Shown: piece after piece, positions 61,125 to 64,000 of the stretch
Layout: every line of letters starts with the position of its first letter
Numbering within the stretch: the first letter of the stretch is position 1
Source: Planctomycetota bacterium
GTDB taxonomy: Bacteria > Planctomycetota > UBA1135 > UBA2386
Direction of reading: 5' to 3'
NCBI GenBank assembly: GCA_046290465.1
Contig: JBKAGP010000001.1
Span: 704,001-768,000, forward strand
Length of the DNA stretch: 64,000 nt
The notes under the pieces: generated by a model
Told to the model about the DNA's origin: nothing
Database searches by the model: none
What the model saw: only the letters and a program-made list of their open reading frames with translations
Made by a program: the position numbers and the translations under genes

Positions 61125-63179
61125 ATGAAGGTGCTGTCGCTGTGGCTCCCCCTGCTCCTGGTCGCCGGCCTGTCGGCGCAACGGCCGAACAGCCCGCAGG
61201 AAGCGCTGCTGCAGTTCGAGGACGTGCGCAGCGAGCCGGAGCGATTCCGGCACCGCGCGGTCCGGGACCTCGGCCGCTTCGTCGACGCCGGCATCTCGCG
61301 CACGCTGGTCGCCGAACTCGAACGGGCGGAGACGATGAGCTACCGCAACACCGTGGTCCGCGCGATCGGTGCCAAGGCGCGGGACGGGGTGCTGCCGGCG
61401 CTGGTCGCGCATCTGACCAAGACCGACGCCGCCCGCCTCTGTGGCGCGATCGCCGATGCGATGCGGCGACAAGGCCCCGACGGGGTGCAGCTGCTGGCGC
61501 AGCAGCTGGCCAGCCATCGCAACCACAAGCAGCGCCGCGAGGCCATCTGCTACGCGCTCGGCAAGGTCGAGAACGGTGACGAGGCCAGGGACCTGCTGCT
61601 CGACGAGATCCGTCGCAGCGGCGGCGAAGCGCGGCTGGCACCGCTGCGCGGCCTGGCGGCGCGGCACGGCGACGCGGCCGTCGACGCCGTGCGGGTGCAG
61701 CTCGCGGGCGACAAGCACAAGGTGCTGGCCGGTACCGCTCTCGGCCAGTTGGCGCGGCACGGCCACGACCAGGCGCCGCGGCTCGCCGAGCAGTTCGCCC
61801 GCGGCATCGCCGACGATGCTTCGGGCGACCTGCACGCCGCAGTGGCGCTCGGTCTGCTGGTCGGCCCGAGCGTCGACACCCGCAAGCTGCTGTGGCGCTC
61901 GGTCGCGCGCGCCGACGCGCCGTTCGGCGACGACGCGCTGCCGCGCTGGCGCCGCGCGCTCGGCGAGGCCGGCGCCGCGGCGATGCTGTTCGACGGCGCC
62001 ATCGACCACAAGCAGGCCGCGGTGCGGGCCGCGGCGGCCCGGGCGCTCGGGTTCACGCCCGCGGCTGGTCGCGCCGAGGTCTACCCGATGCTGCAGGCGC
62101 TGCTGGTCGACCGCGACGCCGGCGTCGTATCGGCGGCCTGCGCGGCGGTGCTGCAGCTCGCCGACGAACGCGCCGACCGCGCGCTGGCGGCTGCCTGGCA
62201 GCAAGGGGCACCGGCCCTGCAGGCGCTGCGGACCGCGGCGCTGGCCGAGCGCACCCCGGATGATCCGGGTCGGTTCGTGGACTTTGCCAGGACGGCCAAG
62301 GGCGAAGCGGCTGCCGCGAGCCTGCGGTTGCTGGCGCGGCGGTTCGAGGCTCCGGCGGCGGCCGGCGAGGTCGCCCGCAAGCGGCTCGGCGATCGCGACT
62401 GGCAGGTGCGGGTGGCGGCGATCGAGTTGCTGCGCGCCGAGCGCAACGCGGCGAGCGTGCCGCTGCTGATCGAGCGCCTCAAGAAGGATCGGTCGCGCGT
62501 GCGCGCCGACCTGCTGGCGGCCTTGCAGGACCTGACCGGCGCGCGCTTCGAAGAACACAAGCAGTGGCGCGCCTGGTGGGCCGCGGAGCAGGCGAGCTTC
62601 GCGGTGCGCCCCCCTGCCGAACCACGCAAGGCCGGCAAGCCCGACGCGACGGCGACGACCTACTGGGACATCCCGGTGACCAGCGATCGCGTCACGTTCG
62701 TCGTCGACACCTCGGGCAGCATGCTGCAGCCGTTCGGCACCGGTAACGCGCTGCGCATCGACGAGGCCAGGCGGCAGCTGACGCAGGTGTTCGATCGCCT
62801 GCCCAAGGGGGCCAAGGTCGACGTGATCGCGTTCGCCGCCGATGCCACCGCGATGTTCGGCAAGCTGACCGCGCTCGGCCGCAGCAAGCGCAAGGCTGCG
62901 GACGGGTTCGTCGCAGCGCTGGTCGCCAAGGGCCCCACCGACGTGCACGAGGCGCTGCGGCTGGCGTTCGCGTCCGACGACGTCGATACGATCTTCCTGC
63001 TGACCGACGGGCGGCCGAGCGTCGGCGCGATCGTCGACTTCGATCGGCTGGCGCGCGAGGTCGCGCGCTGGAACGTCGGCCGGGGTGTGCGCATCCACAC
63101 CATCGCGATCGGCGGCAAGAGCGACCTGCTCGAGCGGCTGGCGCGCGACTCGGGCGGCGAGCACGCGGTCGCTCGCTGA
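61125..63179 (+). CDS. Secreted HEAT-repeat + C-terminal vWA domain protein
   Basis: Signal peptide; HEAT (DWQVRVAAIE); MIDAS DTSGSM, T, LLTDGRP, IHTIAIG. Confidence 0.85.
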   Translation: MKVLSLWLPLLLVAGLSAQRPNSPQEALLQFEDVRSEPERFRHRAVRDLGRFVDAGISRTLVAELERAETMSYRNTVVRAIGAKARDGVLPALVAHLTKTDAARLCGAIADAMRRQGPDGVQLLAQQLASHRNHKQRREAICYALGKVENGDEARDLLLDEIRRSGGEARLAPLRGLAARHGDAAVDAVRVQLAGDKHKVLAGTALGQLARHGHDQAPRLAEQFARGIADDASGDLHAAVALGLLVGPSVDTRKLLWRSVARADAPFGDDALPRWRRALGEAGAAAMLFDGAIDHKQAAVRAAAARALGFTPAAGRAEVYPMLQALLVDRDAGVVSAACAAVLQLADERADRALAAAWQQGAPALQALRTAALAERTPDDPGRFVDFARTAKGEAAAASLRLLARRFEAPAAAGEVARKRLGDRDWQVRVAAIELLRAERNAASVPLLIERLKKDRSRVRADLLAALQDLTGARFEEHKQWRAWWAAEQASFAVRPPAEPRKAGKPDATATTYWDIPVTSDRVTFVVDTSGSMLQPFGTGNALRIDEARRQLTQVFDRLPKGAKVDVIAFAADATAMFGKLTALGRSKRKAADGFVAALVAKGPTDVHEALRLAFASDDVDTIFLLTDGRPSVGAIVDFDRLAREVARWNVGRGVRIHTIAIGGKSDLLERLARDSGGEHAVAR

Positions 63180-63204
63180 CGCCGCCAGCCGTAAGCTCTC
63201 GGCC

Positions 63205-64000
63205 ATGACCGCCGAGCGACCCTACGACCAACTCCTGGCGCACCTCCGCGAGGCCTCGCTGCTGGCCTCGACCTCGGCGCTGCTCGCGTGGGACCAGGAG
63301 ACCTTCATGCCGGCGGGCGCCGGCGAACGTCGCGCCGAGCAGATGGCGCTGCTGGCGCGGCTCTCGCACGAGCGCGGCACCGACCCGCGCATCGCCGAGT
63401 GGATCGCCGCCAGCGACGGCACCGACGACGAAGCGGAGCGGGCCTGCCTGCGCGAGTGGCAGCGCGACCACCACCGCGCGACCCGGCTGCCGTCGACGCT
63501 GGTCGCCGAACTCGCGTCGACCGAGAGCCGGGCGCAGCAGGCCTGGGCCGAGGCGCGCGCGGCGTCGGACTTCGCCGGCTTCCGGCCGTGGCTGGAGCGG
63601 ATCGTCGCGCTGCAGCGGCAGAAGGCCGACTGCCTGCAGCGCGACGGCCAGACCCGCTGGGATGCGTTGGCCGACCTCTACGAGCCGGGCATGCGCGCTG
63701 CCGATCTGCGCGCGCTGTTCGGCCCGCTGCGCGAACGGCTGGTGGCGCTGCGGCAACGCCTCGACGCCGGCACCGCGCCGGACGTGACGTTCCGCGATCG
63801 CCGCATCGACCAGGCCCGCCAGGAGGCGTTCGTGCGCGCGGTAGTCACCCGCATGGGCTTCGACTTCGAGCGCGGCCGCATCGATCGCAGCACCCACCCG
63901 TTCTGCATCGGCACCGGCGGCGACGTCCGGTTGACGACGCGCTTCCACGACGACAACGTGCTCGACGCACTCGGCTCGACGATGCACGAGGGCGGCCACG
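63205..64000 (+). CDS. Carboxypeptidase Taq (peptidase M32), 3'-truncated by window
   Basis: Not in ORF track (no stop); translates MTAERPY...LAWDQETFMP...YEPG...RIDRSTHPFC...DVRLTTR...TMHEGGH. Confidence 0.93.
   Translation, partial: MTAERPYDQLLAHLREASLLASTSALLAWDQETFMPAGAGERRAEQMALLARLSHERGTDPRIAEWIAASDGTDDEAERACLREWQRDHHRATRLPSTLVAELASTESRAQQAWAEARAASDFAGFRPWLERIVALQRQKADCLQRDGQTRWDALADLYEPGMRAADLRALFGPLRERLVALRQRLDAGTAPDVTFRDRRIDQARQEAFVRAVVTRMGFDFERGRIDRSTHPFCIGTGGDVRLTTRFHDDNVLDALGSTMHEGGH

Overview
High-GC, gene-dense bacterial chromosomal segment, most consistent with a Planctomycetota-like organism. This is inferred from the many secreted HEAT/vWA/TPR proteins, the ECF sigma plus membrane anti-sigma pair and the short 'RPFPxWSEVL' protein. 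It holds about 50 CDSs, including housekeeping genes (tsaE partial, cca, rseP, dxr, purM, purC, mtnA, ald, uppP, thiC, phoB/phoR-like, degP-like, M32 carboxypeptidase partial). Non-coding features are one tRNA-Val(GAC), a TPP riboswitch ahead of thiC and a well-formed XerCD dif-like site at 49239-49266, on which gene orientation converges. A compositionally distinct four-gene ABC-importer/beta-helix islet abuts the tRNA 3' end. Other notable patterns: many start codons sit 6-8 nt after a (T/C)ANNNT -10 box with no Shine-Dalgarno (probable leaderless mRNAs); 14-15 bp tandem arrays follow stop codons at convergent gene junctions; two unrelated secreted proteins share a C-terminal domain (candidate sorting signal). 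Also present are a ChpT-like pseudokinase beside phoBR, an orphan QhpG-like flavoenzyme and a pair of HGGQYRGP HEAT paralogues. No integrase, transposase, CRISPR array or rRNA was seen. All family calls are by eye from motifs, without database searches, and several start codons are my choice rather than the ORF-track start.
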